Below are positions 27,593 through 36,669 of a stretch of DNA of 64,000 nucleotides, piece by piece. Positions within the stretch are counted from its first letter, which is position 1. Each line of letters begins with the position of its first letter. The position numbers and the translations under genes are program-made. The DNA is from a bacterium (GTDB taxonomy: Bacteria > Patescibacteriota > Minisyncoccia > Phycocordibacterales > Phycocordibacteraceae): the NCBI GenBank assembly GCA_021784815.1, contig JAJYHK010000011.1, forward strand, positions 10,954 through 74,953, read 5' to 3'. A model generated the notes under the pieces. The model saw only the letters and a program-made list of their open reading frames with translations, was not told the origin of the DNA and made no database searches.

Positions 27593-28141
27593 TTATTCAG
27601 GCAATATCATCATATTGCCGTATGGGTCTCCCGGCGTTGCTTCGCCCCAGTTCATGCCCGACCAGCACGCCGGCTGCGCGTACGGAGAATTCGCCGGCCG
27701 CGGTTCTTCGGTGTCCCAATACAAGACCGCGTACGTGCCGCTCGGCGAACCGCAGGTTGCTGGTCCTCCGGTAAAATTTACATAACGGAACGTGCAGCCG
27801 CTGAGCGTCGTCTCAACCGGAACCTGACTTATATAACCTCCTGTCTGCAGCGCAGAGAGCCAACTGTACCCGCTACCAGAATTACCCGATTGCCAATTCC
27901 ACCAGCAGCCGCTGCCGCCTCCCGATTGATTCAAGTACGGATACTGGCCGTTATGATCGTTCGCATACATTTCAAGAGCGGTGCGTATGCTCTGAATGTC
28001 GGAAATGCGCGCCGCATCGCGCGCTTTACTACGCGCGGTACTTAAGCTCGCAAGTATGATGCTTGAGAGAACCCCAATAATCGCAATGACCACCAAGAGT
28101 TCGATTAGGGTAAACCCGCGATACGAACGTGCACGCCTCAT
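27593..28141 (-). CDS. pilA: type IVa major pilin (PilA-like)
   Basis: MRRARSYRG|FTLIELLVVIAIIGVLSSIILASLSTARSKARDAARISDIQSIRTALEMY. ATG at 28141. Cys residues for a C-terminal disulfide are present. Confidence 0.8.
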   Translation of the reverse strand: MRRARSYRGFTLIELLVVIAIIGVLSSIILASLSTARSKARDAARISDIQSIRTALEMYANDHNGQYPYLNQSGGGSGCWWNWQSGNSGSGYSWLSALQTGGYISQVPVETTLSGCTFRYVNFTGGPATCGSPSGTYAVLYWDTEEPRPANSPYAQPACWSGMNWGEATPGDPYGNMMILPE

Positions 28142-28425
28142 TGTGTTTGCTGGCCTGGGATACGATCTGTTTGGGAGAAATTTTTTACGATTTGTCCTGA
28201 CGAAGTACCAAGTAACATCGGCACGGCAAACGCAAGAATGATCGCGCCAACGGCAATGCCAATGAGCACGCGTGTCGCACCCTTTTCGTCCTTCGCCAAT
28301 CCCCATCCGATAACGAGCTTCGCCATGCCGCGGGACTCGCTCGTCACTCCCCGTCGAGGCGTATATTGTTCCTCCTCCTGAAATTGAATGCCACTACCGC
28401 CTGCGCCTAAGTCCATATGCTTCAT
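28138..28425 (-). CDS. hypothetical small membrane protein upstream of pilin
   Basis: 95-aa ORF with one TM helix. Its stop overlaps the pilin start. No clear RBS. Confidence 0.3.
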   Translation of the reverse strand: MKHMDLGAGGSGIQFQEEEQYTPRRGVTSESRGMAKLVIGWGLAKDEKGATRVLIGIAVGAIILAFAVPMLLGTSSGQIVKNFSQTDRIPGQQTQ

Positions 28426-28615
28426 ATTAATACCACACCCACGTCTGCCGACATTAATCTAATGGGGACATACGGGCCTGCCTGCTACACGCCGTTTTAT
28501 TTTCAGCTAGACTTATAGCGGTACCGGTGCCCTAGAGATACCAACTCACCCCTCATGGACTCCTCCGAGGGGTTGCGTCATTCCTTGTACCTGTTAGCAG
28601 CTAATCAAGGAATGT

Positions 28616-29941
28616 ATGGGAACAGCAACGGTTCAGGGTGGTTTCGGGGCGACCACTGCCCCACCGGAGGCAGTGCCAGTCCGGTATTGCCTGTATGCTC
28701 GAAAATCAACGGAGAGCGAAGAACAGCAGGTGTTGAGCATTGAGAGCCAGGTGAAGGAAATGCTCGCCATGGCAGAGAATGAAAAATTGGAGATTGTGGA
28801 GGTGAAGCGTGAGTCGCACTCAGCCAAGGAAGCCGGAGCGCGTCCGGTATTCAACGAGATCGTGGAGGAGATACGCACTGGAAAGTTCAACGGCATCCTG
28901 ACCTGGGCACCAGATCGCATCAGCCGCAACGCCGGAGACTTGGGCAGGATCGTAGACCTGATGGACCAAGGACTACTGCGGGATATCCGTACATACGGTC
29001 AGCGCTTCACGAACAATCCGAACGAGAAATTCCTCCTCATGATATTGGGAAGCCAGGCGAAGCTTGAGAACGACCAGAAGCGCATCAACGTGAAGCGCGG
29101 ACTGCGCGCCCGAGCCGAGATGGGCCTTTGGCCCGGTATCGCGCCGACGGGATACTTGAACGACCAACGCAAGGATCATCGCTGCGAGATACTTGTCGAT
29201 CCTGTCCGCTTCCCTATCATCAAGCAGGTCTTCGAAAAGATCGGCGTCGAGCGCTGGAGTGGCCGCAAGGTATATGCATGGCTCAAGAATGACGTGCGGT
29301 TCGTCTCTCGCTTCGGCAAGGGCATGAACCTCGGTACCTTGTACAAAATAATCAAGAATCCCTTCTACTGCGGTGTCTTCGAGTACCCGCGCGGAAGTGG
29401 CTCCTGGTATACCGGCAAGCATACGCCACTCATCACCCAAGAGTTATTCCAAGCCGTGCAAGAAAAGATCGCCGAAGAGAATCGCCCCAAACATCGCTTC
29501 AAGGAGTGGCACTTCACCAAACTCTTCATCTGCGGATACTGCGGCAGCGGCATCACGGCGCAGGAGAAGACGAAACTCCTTGCGACCGGCGAGCCCGCCA
29601 CCTACGTCTATTATTCCTGCTCCCGTGCCAAGGACGCGCACTGCAAGAATCCGTACCTGCGCGAGGAGAAAGTCATCGACCAGCTTGCTGGCCTAATTGA
29701 CCAGATATCGCTTGATGAAATTGGTGCCCGTCATCTCATCGAGCGCGAGGTATCGCGATACAACAAGCTGCGGGCTGAAGTTGAGGGGACGACCGACGTG
29801 ATCAAGGCGAAGGAGATGGACATCCGCAAATACGCCAAGTATCTCCTGAAGAACGGCTCGAGAGAAGAAAAACGCGAGCTGCTCGGGCATCTGCGCGACC
29901 GACTCATCCTGAACGATCGGGTGATCACGCTCGCCGATTAG
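28616..29941 (+). CDS. large serine recombinase (resolvase catalytic domain, recombinase domain, zinc ribbon, coiled coil)
   Basis: [12 protein letters not shown] catalytic Ser motif, recombinase domain, CGYCGSG...C zinc ribbon; 441 aa. Confidence 0.85.
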   Translation: MGTATVQGGFGATTAPPEAVPVRYCLYARKSTESEEQQVLSIESQVKEMLAMAENEKLEIVEVKRESHSAKEAGARPVFNEIVEEIRTGKFNGILTWAPDRISRNAGDLGRIVDLMDQGLLRDIRTYGQRFTNNPNEKFLLMILGSQAKLENDQKRINVKRGLRARAEMGLWPGIAPTGYLNDQRKDHRCEILVDPVRFPIIKQVFEKIGVERWSGRKVYAWLKNDVRFVSRFGKGMNLGTLYKIIKNPFYCGVFEYPRGSGSWYTGKHTPLITQELFQAVQEKIAEENRPKHRFKEWHFTKLFICGYCGSGITAQEKTKLLATGEPATYVYYSCSRAKDAHCKNPYLREEKVIDQLAGLIDQISLDEIGARHLIEREVSRYNKLRAEVEGTTDVIKAKEMDIRKYAKYLLKNGSREEKRELLGHLRDRLILNDRVITLAD

Positions 29942-29983
29942 CACAACAGCGCGACATCCGTCGCGTCTTTGTGCGCGAACGAC

Positions 29984-29999
29984 CCTCGGAGTTGCGGAC
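29984..29999 (+). repeat. 16-bp motif CCTCGGAGTTGCGGAC, copy 4 of 4
   Basis: 43 bp downstream of the recombinase stop. Confidence 0.7.
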
Positions 30000-30004
30000 C
30001 AAAA

Positions 30005-30046
30005 TCGAGGCCTTGGAGTCTAAAAACCGCGTGCTGACCGCTGTGC
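30005..30046 (+). repeat. about 41-bp direct repeat (att-like) abutting and overlapping the tRNA-Gly 3' end
   Basis: cgaggccttggagtctaaaaaccgcgtgctgaccgctgtgc. The last 3 nt are the tRNA discriminator and terminal GC. Confidence 0.65.
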
Positions 30047-30114
30047 GGGATAGGAGAATCGAACTCCTACTCTCAGTTTGGAAAACTGACGTTCTGCCAT
30101 TAAACTAATCCCGC
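30044..30114 (-). tRNA. tRNA-Gly (anticodon UCC)
   Basis: Manual fold: acceptor gcgggat/atcccgc, anticodon stem tcagt/actga, loop tttCCaa (anticodon tcc), T-arm aggag-ttcgatt-ctcct. No encoded CCA. Confidence 0.8.
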
Positions 30115-30208
30115 ATCCGTTCAGCATAGCAGAACGCGTATCGGGGCGCCTGTATGTCTCCCTTGCCAGGCTCTGTATTTATTGCTCGTTTTGCGCTAGC
30201 GTAAGGGA

Positions 30209-31351
30209 ATGAACCGCTTGCCCCTGTGGACGAGCCTGGTTGCGCTTTTTGCGAGCGTTCTTCTGTTGGTTGCCGTGAGCCGCGCGACCATTCGCCATGC
30301 GGATCTCTTAGCGCAGGTGTCTCGCGAGACTCCGGCAGGACAGGCCTCCTCAAGCGCGGTTGCGTTCGGGCGTGCCGCCACGAGTACGCGCACAGCTGGC
30401 ATGCTGACAGCCGCAACGTCTTCGCCCGCGCGCCCGCGCGGATCAAAAACGAGCACGGCAGCCGTCTCTAATAAAAAAGCATCCTCGCCCGCGGCGGTGT
30501 CAGCAGCAAACTTTGCGAACGCTTCGGCGCGCTTGCGCGCCGCGCTCGTGAATATCATGTGCTATGCGCCGGCGAGTAGCTCGCTCCACTCCATCTCCGG
30601 CAGCGGCGTCATCATTGACCCGAAAGGAATAATCCTTACCAATGCGCATGTAGCACAGTATTTCCTCCTCGCCAATCAGGGCGTCTCATGCGTTATTCGC
30701 GCCGGTACGCCGGCAACCGACCGCTACGATGCTACTATCGAGTACCTCTCCCCTGCTTGGATTGTCGAAAACGCGGGGGTGCTCACCGAACATATGCCTA
30801 CCGGTACGGGCGAGCACGACTACGCACTGCTCGCGATTACGGGAACCACTACCGGCGCGCCGCTTCCCGCTCGGTTTCCTGCAATATCGCTCGCGCTCGC
30901 ACCGCCCCAGGCGGGTGCGGACGTAGTAATCGCCTCATACGGGGCGCAATTTTTGAATCCCGTAGAAATTCAAGACGCTCTTTCGCCGACGGTCGTTTAT
31001 GGCTCCATTAAGGGCATTTTCACTTTTGCAACGAGCTCGGTCGACGTGCTCTCGCTCGGGGGCAGCGCGGCGGCGCAAGAGGGATCGTCCGGTGGCGGCG
31101 TGGTAGACGGGCAAGGCAGGCTCGTGGGACTCATCACGACGAGTACGGTAACCGGCGCAACCGCTACCCGTTCGCTCGACGCGATTACTGCCTCCTACAT
31201 TCGCGCTGACTATGCAGCGCAGGCGGGCACGTCGTTCGATGCGCTTCTCGCGCAGGACCCAGTAATGGCGGCACAGGCCTTTGCGCCGCGTATTCCTGCG
31301 CTCGAAGCAGCCATTTTGGGTGCCAGCACGAGCACGACGCCTCGGGGGTGA
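30209..31351 (+). CDS. trypsin-like serine protease (S1 family, membrane-anchored or secreted, no PDZ domain)
   Basis: Catalytic triad contexts TNAHV, DYALL and GSSGGGVVD. N-terminal TM/signal. Confidence 0.75.
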   Translation: MNRLPLWTSLVALFASVLLLVAVSRATIRHADLLAQVSRETPAGQASSSAVAFGRAATSTRTAGMLTAATSSPARPRGSKTSTAAVSNKKASSPAAVSAANFANASARLRAALVNIMCYAPASSSLHSISGSGVIIDPKGIILTNAHVAQYFLLANQGVSCVIRAGTPATDRYDATIEYLSPAWIVENAGVLTEHMPTGTGEHDYALLAITGTTTGAPLPARFPAISLALAPPQAGADVVIASYGAQFLNPVEIQDALSPTVVYGSIKGIFTFATSSVDVLSLGGSAAAQEGSSGGGVVDGQGRLVGLITTSTVTGATATRSLDAITASYIRADYAAQAGTSFDALLAQDPVMAAQAFAPRIPALEAAILGASTSTTPRG

Positions 31352-31483
31352 GCGGTTGCGGGTTTGGTTGCGGAGCAGGAATCATGTACGCGGTCAGAGT
31401 CGAGTACGCGAACGAAACGCCGTCTCCCGCGAAGCGTCCCCCGATAACGAAGCTCATCTTTTCCTGGCACATAAACATATTTA

Positions 31484-31557
31484 TGGTCGGGACGCCGAGA
31501 CTCGAACTCGGGCTACAACCTCCCAAAGGTCGCGTGCTACCGCTACACCACGTCCCG
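31484..31557 (-). tRNA. tRNA-Pro (anticodon UGG), CCA encoded
   Basis: Manual fold: acceptor cgggacg/cgtcccg, anticodon stem cgacc/ggttg, loop tttGGga (anticodon tgg), T-arm ccgag-ttcgagt-ctcgg, 3' ACCA. Confidence 0.8.
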
Positions 31558-31587
31558 ATACCCGCATCGTACCAGGTTTCGCAGGAT

Positions 31588-31983
31588 TTAGGCGATTTGC
31601 GGGAAAAATCGGACGAACGCCTTGCCATCGCGCCTCCTGAGCCATACCAGGCAGCCATCAACTTGCCAGTCCCCCTCCCAGCCCGAATCTAGTACGTACC
31701 ACTCGGCGGTTCGCGCCACCTTGCGGATCTTGTACGCATGGAGATTCACCGAGGGATCGTAGACATCCTCGCCATTTTCCATACGCGGAAACTCGTTAAT
31801 CACGAGTGTCTTTACCTCGACGATGTGGAGAATATCCTCTTCGCAAGCAATAACATCAAGCTCGCCCGTCTTCCGCGTGACATTGCGGGCGATGATCTGC
31901 ATGCCACGTCGGCGAAGGTATTCCACTGCGACCGATTCCCCCAGGGCGCCTATCTCCTTGCGGTTTCTAGAGGATAAATCCAT
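31588..31983 (-). CDS. YraN/UPF0102 family endonuclease-like protein
   Basis: GESVAVEYLRRRGMQIIARNVTRKTGELDVIACEEDILHIVEVKT, the typical UPF0102 core. Confidence 0.7.
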   Translation of the reverse strand: MDLSSRNRKEIGALGESVAVEYLRRRGMQIIARNVTRKTGELDVIACEEDILHIVEVKTLVINEFPRMENGEDVYDPSVNLHAYKIRKVARTAEWYVLDSGWEGDWQVDGCLVWLRRRDGKAFVRFFPQIA

Positions 31984-32317
31984 GGCTTTTAAAAGTATGG
32001 CTTACTTACTTATTAGATTCTCGGACTCTCCACAATTTCCACAGGATTCTCCCCTGTCCTTTATCCCCATAATCCACATGGATATCCACACTTTTGCGCA
32101 GAGGGCAAATCTGTTCCTTGAGAGGCTGCACAGGGATTAATCCGCCCTCTTCCTAGATCGTTTTCTCCGAAGACTGGCAATCGGCCAATGGTGTGTCATC
32201 GGGAGCTGAGTTTGCACGCCCGGCAAGGCGCCGATCGCGCTTCGTTTAGGTCGTCTCCCAGTGAGCGGCCCCCTGGCTTCCGCCTGGGAACCGTTCGGCG
32301 ATTTGCTCGCTATTCGG

Positions 32318-32388
32318 TGCGGATAGGGAGAATCGAACTCCCGTCTCATCCTTGGCAAGGACGTGTTCTACCACTAAACCATATCCGC
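32318..32388 (-). tRNA. tRNA-Gly (anticodon GCC)
   Basis: Manual fold: acceptor gcggata/tatccgc, anticodon stem cgtcc/ggatg, loop ttGCCaa (anticodon gcc), T-arm gggag-ttcgatt-ctccc. Confidence 0.8.
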
Positions 32389-32458
32389 GCTGGTGGCCAT
32401 TTTCGCATAAAACACCCATATTCACAAGACGATTTGTGGCGCGGCAGACGGATCTTAT

Positions 32459-33298
32459 TTAGGATTGCCAGAAGTAAAACGGCAGCGAAAGGCGCTTCTT
32501 GAGCTTCCGTGCCTTAGGGCCGTTGTGTTCAAGTGTGAGCCGTATGTTCGTCCGCGTTTCGAAAATCCCAACCAATTCCGGTAAGAAGTCAGCCACACCT
32601 CTTCCAGAGGCATAGAGCGAATCAATATGGCTCGTAATGCCTTTAGGCAGTCGCACATTCAAAACGTAGTCGCCGAGGATTTTGAGGTGGTCGGTTCGCA
32701 GGAGTCCGCCCACATGCCCGGCGTGTATTTGCAGAAACTGGTTTTGGTAGGCGTATTTAAATGCCAAGTCCGCTGCAGTCGAGCCCCCCACCGTATGGTA
32801 AGCGTGCACTTTCTGTTCGGCAAAATGCCGGTAATACCCATCCTCGCTCTCTTTGCGCTCCGGCAGGTACGCCCAGAAGTTGTGAGGGGTGTAGACAAAT
32901 ACCTGCCCATCCTGTTCGAGCTCCTCAAGCCCGAGCACGAGCGTCTTCCAGTACGCGTCAAGATTAGCCAGCGAGGTGAACCGATACGCGAGCCGCTCGC
33001 CAGGTGCGAGGCTCGGCGCAATAGGGTGCTGTACGAGGTTTCGAACAACCCGAGCCCACTCCTGGTCGACCCTGACCACCATGCCCGCTTTCGCTAATAC
33101 GCCGCACCGGATCAGGTTGCCAACGGCCTTGTAAACAGCTCGTGGGCCCTGCTTCCCTCCCGCTTTCAGGTCTGCGGCGAGTACCTTCATGGTGGCGGGT
33201 GCCTCTATAAGCCGCTCTACTACCCGATCCTCAAGGCCCCTCTGTTTCCCGCAAAGCATTGGACTAACTATAACACCGATTTTGAACAGAAAGTGCAA
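32459..33298 (-). CDS. hypothetical protein with N-terminal winged-helix-like domain
   Basis: 279 aa. Predicted wHTH (VVERLIEAPATMKVLAADL...AVYKAVGNLIRCGVL). C-terminal domain not recognised. Flanked by tRNA genes. Confidence 0.45.
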   Translation of the reverse strand: MHFLFKIGVIVSPMLCGKQRGLEDRVVERLIEAPATMKVLAADLKAGGKQGPRAVYKAVGNLIRCGVLAKAGMVVRVDQEWARVVRNLVQHPIAPSLAPGERLAYRFTSLANLDAYWKTLVLGLEELEQDGQVFVYTPHNFWAYLPERKESEDGYYRHFAEQKVHAYHTVGGSTAADLAFKYAYQNQFLQIHAGHVGGLLRTDHLKILGDYVLNVRLPKGITSHIDSLYASGRGVADFLPELVGIFETRTNIRLTLEHNGPKARKLKKRLSLPFYFWQS

Positions 33299-33503
33299 AA
33301 AAGCGCGAAACTAACGTTATACTCACTGCGATACTAGTATTTTTGTAAGATACATTACCGTTCCGCGCCTATCGGCCACTTCCCTGGATATGTTGGTCGG
33401 AGATGTTACACGCGGAACATTGTAGTCCCCGCACGGCATCCGCCATAAGCCGCAACGTTCGTTTCAGAAGCGGCCTGTATGTGCAACGTTTATTCTGCTT
33501 TTG

Positions 33504-33575
33504 TGCCCCGGCCAGGATTCGAACCCAGAATAGCTGTTCCGAAGACAGCCGTGATATCCATTTCACCACCGGGGC
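33504..33575 (-). tRNA. tRNA-Arg (anticodon UCG)
   Basis: Manual fold: acceptor gccccgg/ccggggc, D-stem gtga/tcac, anticodon stem gctgt/acagc, loop ctTCGga (anticodon tcg), T-loop ttcgaat. Confidence 0.75.
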
Positions 33576-33618
33576 AGGCCTATGGGGTCAATTCTACGCT
33601 ACGTGCTACTATCACGCC

Positions 33619-35082
33619 ATGGATTTCACCATTCCGAAAGAGATCTCCACCATTTCTGAGGCGCTCCGAGGGGCGGGGTTCGAAGCATACCTGGTGGGAG
33701 GGTGTGTTCGTGATCTCATCCTGGGCCGGGAGCCGCACGATTGGGATTTCACAACGAATGCGCTCCCAGAGCACATTCAGACGATCTTTCAGGACTCTTT
33801 TTATGAAAACGATTATGGAACAGTGGGTGTAAAGACAGGGTCAGAGGATCCTCGCCTGGCTATCGTCGAGGTGACTCCATATCGCACTGAATCAGGCTAC
33901 TCCGACCGTCGGCGGCCAGATACAGTTACTTTTGGTACCTCGCTCGAGGATGATTTGGCACGTAGGGATTTCACTATGAATGCGCTCGCCTACGATGAAT
34001 CTAAAGGACAGCTCATAGACCTGTTTTGCGGGGGGAAAGACATAAAGGACATGCTTGTGCGGGCGGTTGGGAATCCGTCTGAACGTTTCGATGAAGATGC
34101 GTTACGCATGTTGCGGGCGATTCGCCTTGTTGCTGAGCTCGGCTTTGGAATAGACGGGGGGACGGCAGCGGCTATCCAGGAAAATGCAAAACATTTGGGA
34201 AACGTTTCACGTGAAAGAGTGAGGGATGAATTGGTGCGTATCATTGGCTCCAATGAGCCCATGATGGCTTTGCAAATGGCAAAACAGCTTGGAGTCCTTG
34301 AGTACATGGTGCCGGATTTGATGCGAGGTATCGGCGTGGAACAGAATCAGGCCCATACATACGATGTGTTTGAGCATCTTCTTCGGGCGTTACAGCACGC
34401 TGCTGACAAACGCTATACCTTTGATATCCGGCTGGCAGCCCTTTTCCATGATATTTCTAAGCCGGAAACACGGCGCTGGTCAGAAGATAAGCAGGACTGG
34501 ACCTTTCATGGGCATGAGGTTGTTGGTTCACGTGTAACCAGAAAGGCGCTTGAAGATCTCCGGTTTTCACGGGAAACCATTGAGAAAGTGTCGAAGCTGG
34601 TGCGGTGGCACATGTTTTTCTCAGACCCTGATAAAATTACGCTCTCCGCAGTGCGCCGGATGATTGTGAACGTCGGGAGGGAGAATATGCAGGATTTGCT
34701 CAATCTGCGCATCTGCGACCGAATCGGTACCGGAAGACCGAAAGAGCAACCTTTCCGGTTCCGTAAGTACCAGGCAATGGTCGATCAGGCACTGCGGGAT
34801 CCTGTCTCCGTCACCATGCTTAAGACGGATGGGAACCGGCTTATGCAAGTGTTCCACGAGAGACCAGGCCCTAGAATTGGTTTTATACTCCATGCGCTCC
34901 TTGCGGACGTGCTTGAAGACGCTGAGCGTAACACCGGGGAATACCTTGATAATCGCACCGCTGAGCTTCAAAAGCTATCCGACGATGATCTTAAAGCTTT
35001 GGGAGAAGCGGGGAAGGAGCGCAAGGGGCTGGAAGAGGAAAGGGAAATCGAACAAATCCTAGATAAACACCGCGTCTCATAG
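33619..35082 (+). CDS. cca: CCA-adding tRNA nucleotidyltransferase with HD domain
   Basis: GGCVRDLILGREPHDWDF (polymerase beta-like NT), RDFTMNALAYD, HD domain HDISKP. ATG at 33619; the ORF track's upstream extension overlaps tRNA-Arg. Confidence 0.85.
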   Translation: MDFTIPKEISTISEALRGAGFEAYLVGGCVRDLILGREPHDWDFTTNALPEHIQTIFQDSFYENDYGTVGVKTGSEDPRLAIVEVTPYRTESGYSDRRRPDTVTFGTSLEDDLARRDFTMNALAYDESKGQLIDLFCGGKDIKDMLVRAVGNPSERFDEDALRMLRAIRLVAELGFGIDGGTAAAIQENAKHLGNVSRERVRDELVRIIGSNEPMMALQMAKQLGVLEYMVPDLMRGIGVEQNQAHTYDVFEHLLRALQHAADKRYTFDIRLAALFHDISKPETRRWSEDKQDWTFHGHEVVGSRVTRKALEDLRFSRETIEKVSKLVRWHMFFSDPDKITLSAVRRMIVNVGRENMQDLLNLRICDRIGTGRPKEQPFRFRKYQAMVDQALRDPVSVTMLKTDGNRLMQVFHERPGPRIGFILHALLADVLEDAERNTGEYLDNRTAELQKLSDDDLKALGEAGKERKGLEEEREIEQILDKHRVS

Positions 35083-35424
35083 GTTGTTTCATGTGTAACT
35101 GATTCAAAACACCAGAATCGTCGCGCTCCGCGGTCCTGGCGTTTTGTAGTAAATATCTTGTGTATCTTGTATAGAAATATAGAAATAAAGAAACCGCCCA
35201 GAAGTGCTAGCGGCTGAAATGGAGAGGGGGCTTTGTTTTTATGCCTCTAGCTGAGAATATGTGGGCGGTTCTTAATTTAATGCTTTCACGTGTAACCTTA
35301 CGCGCCCTGTGGTTTTGAGCGGATCGCCGCGGAATCGTTGGCGGCAGGTTCACGATCGAGCCGGATGAAGGGAGCAATCAAAGAACAATCGATCTGAGAT
35401 ATATAGTACCGACATAACGGACAC

Positions 35425-35458
35425 TGTAAAGGACATTGCTGTGGATAAATGTCCTTTA
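35425..35458. terminator. hairpin aaaggacat-(N14)-atgtccttt just downstream of the xth stop
   Basis: 9-bp perfect stem. No clear U-run. Confidence 0.35.
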
Positions 35459-35460
35459 TA

Positions 35461-36252
35461 TTAGAGCGTAATCGAAACGGGGCAGTGATCGGAGCCAAAA
35501 ATAGTGTTGTGGATTTCTGCATTCTTTATTCGTTTTGTAAGCGTTTTTGATGCGAAAATGTAGTCAATACGCCACCCGATATTGCGCGCCCGTGCATTAG
35601 CCCAGTGGGTCCACCAGGTATAGTGGCCATTACCCTTGGTAAAGAGGCGAAAGGTGTCCACGAAGCCGGCATCCTCCATTTTGTCGATACCCTCGCGTTC
35701 TTCCGCAGTGTAGCCTTTCTTGCCTTCATTGGGTTTGGGGTTGGCGAGGTCATCCGGCGTATGAGCGACATTGAGATCGCCGCAGAAAATAACCGGCCTC
35801 TCCTCTCCAAGCCGCTGCATGTATGCCAAGAACGCAGGGTCCCAGCAGCGGTGGCGCAGATTGAGGCGTGAGAGGTCATCTTTGGCATTCGGAGTATAGA
35901 CGGAAACGACGTAGAAATCACCCATGTCGGCGGCAATGATCCGGCCTTCTTTGTTAGGGTCGCCGTAGGAATCATCGGCGAGATCGTACTTTCTTGCTAG
36001 ATCCTCGGGCATACCGAAAATGATGTTGAAAGGAAGGTGTTTGGAGAAAATCGCCGTACCGCTGTAGCCTTTCTTTTTCGCCGAGTTCCAGTACTCCTCA
36101 TAATCCGGCAGGTCGAGTGGGGATTCGTGTTGTTCGGCTTTCGTCTCTTGGAGGCAAAGGATATCCGGCTTAAGCTCCTTTATCATGGGTTCAAAAAGAC
36201 CCTTTTTATGGACCGCACGGATACCATTAACATTCCAAGACACGATTTTCAT
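35461..36252 (-). CDS. xth: exodeoxyribonuclease III (AP endonuclease, Xth family)
   Basis: MKIVSWNVNGIRA...LCLQETK...SDHCPV. Confidence 0.9.
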   Translation of the reverse strand: MKIVSWNVNGIRAVHKKGLFEPMIKELKPDILCLQETKAEQHESPLDLPDYEEYWNSAKKKGYSGTAIFSKHLPFNIIFGMPEDLARKYDLADDSYGDPNKEGRIIAADMGDFYVVSVYTPNAKDDLSRLNLRHRCWDPAFLAYMQRLGEERPVIFCGDLNVAHTPDDLANPKPNEGKKGYTAEEREGIDKMEDAGFVDTFRLFTKGNGHYTWWTHWANARARNIGWRIDYIFASKTLTKRIKNAEIHNTIFGSDHCPVSITL

Positions 36253-36512
36253 GCAAAAACGATAGCACGGAGAAGCGGCAGCGCTTTCCCATTTTGAAGG
36301 GCGTCTCGCGCAAACCGGCCATGCCTCATGGCGCGCCGAGATGTAGCGATATTTCGCCTAATCTCTAAAATGGCAGAACGCTGCTGCTCTTAGTGATCTT
36401 TGTGTAATCTTTGCGCCCTACGTGCCGCTTCTGTAAGCAGAACGAACGTTGAGTGGTCAAAGATGTGTCGGGCTATCAACTCGGCGCAGGTGGATTACAA
36501 ATTCAAATTACT

Positions 36513-36640
36513 GCTCTCTTTTCTTTTACCCTCCCTCCTTTCTTTCGATCTGCCTTGCCCCTTTTGTCCACACGTCTAACCTCAACTCACTCTCGTTCCT
36601 TTCTTTCATCCGTTTTCCTCTTCCACTTGCTTGCCATCGC
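36513..36640 (+). repeat. about 130-nt polypyrimidine (CT-rich) low-complexity tract
   Basis: tctcttttcttttaccctccctcctttctttcgatctgccttgccccttttgtcc...ttcctttctttcatccgttttcctcttcc, almost purine-free on the plus strand. Confidence 0.6.
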
Positions 36641-36669
36641 GATTCGCGGTGGCTTGTTACTTTCAGGGG

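Larger units (their letters stand above)
26849..30046. mobile_element. putative integrative element: direct repeat, AT-rich regulatory region, type IV pilin, small membrane ORF, large serine recombinase, direct repeat, tRNA-Gly
   Basis: Bounded by imperfect ~41-bp direct repeats; the right-hand repeat extends 3 nt into the 3' end of tRNA-Gly(TCC). Contains an intact serine recombinase. A decayed earlier copy lies immediately upstream. Confidence 0.45.

Noticed and set aside
27166-27774. 202-aa ORF in the AT-rich repeat region
   Set aside because: It spans tandem repeat boxes and has low-complexity, stop-poor but non-protein-like composition. It is treated as non-coding.
32140-32317. SRP RNA, RNase P RNA, 6S or tmRNA in the spacer after tRNA-Gly(GCC)
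   Set aside because: I could not find the conserved SRP domain IV (AGCAGC/GGAA context) or RNase P P4 motifs by eye. It is kept only as a low-interest structured-RNA candidate.
33403-33618. Upstream extension of the cca ORF
   Set aside because: It overlaps tRNA-Arg(UCG) on the opposite strand. The conserved CCA-enzyme N-terminus starts at 33619.
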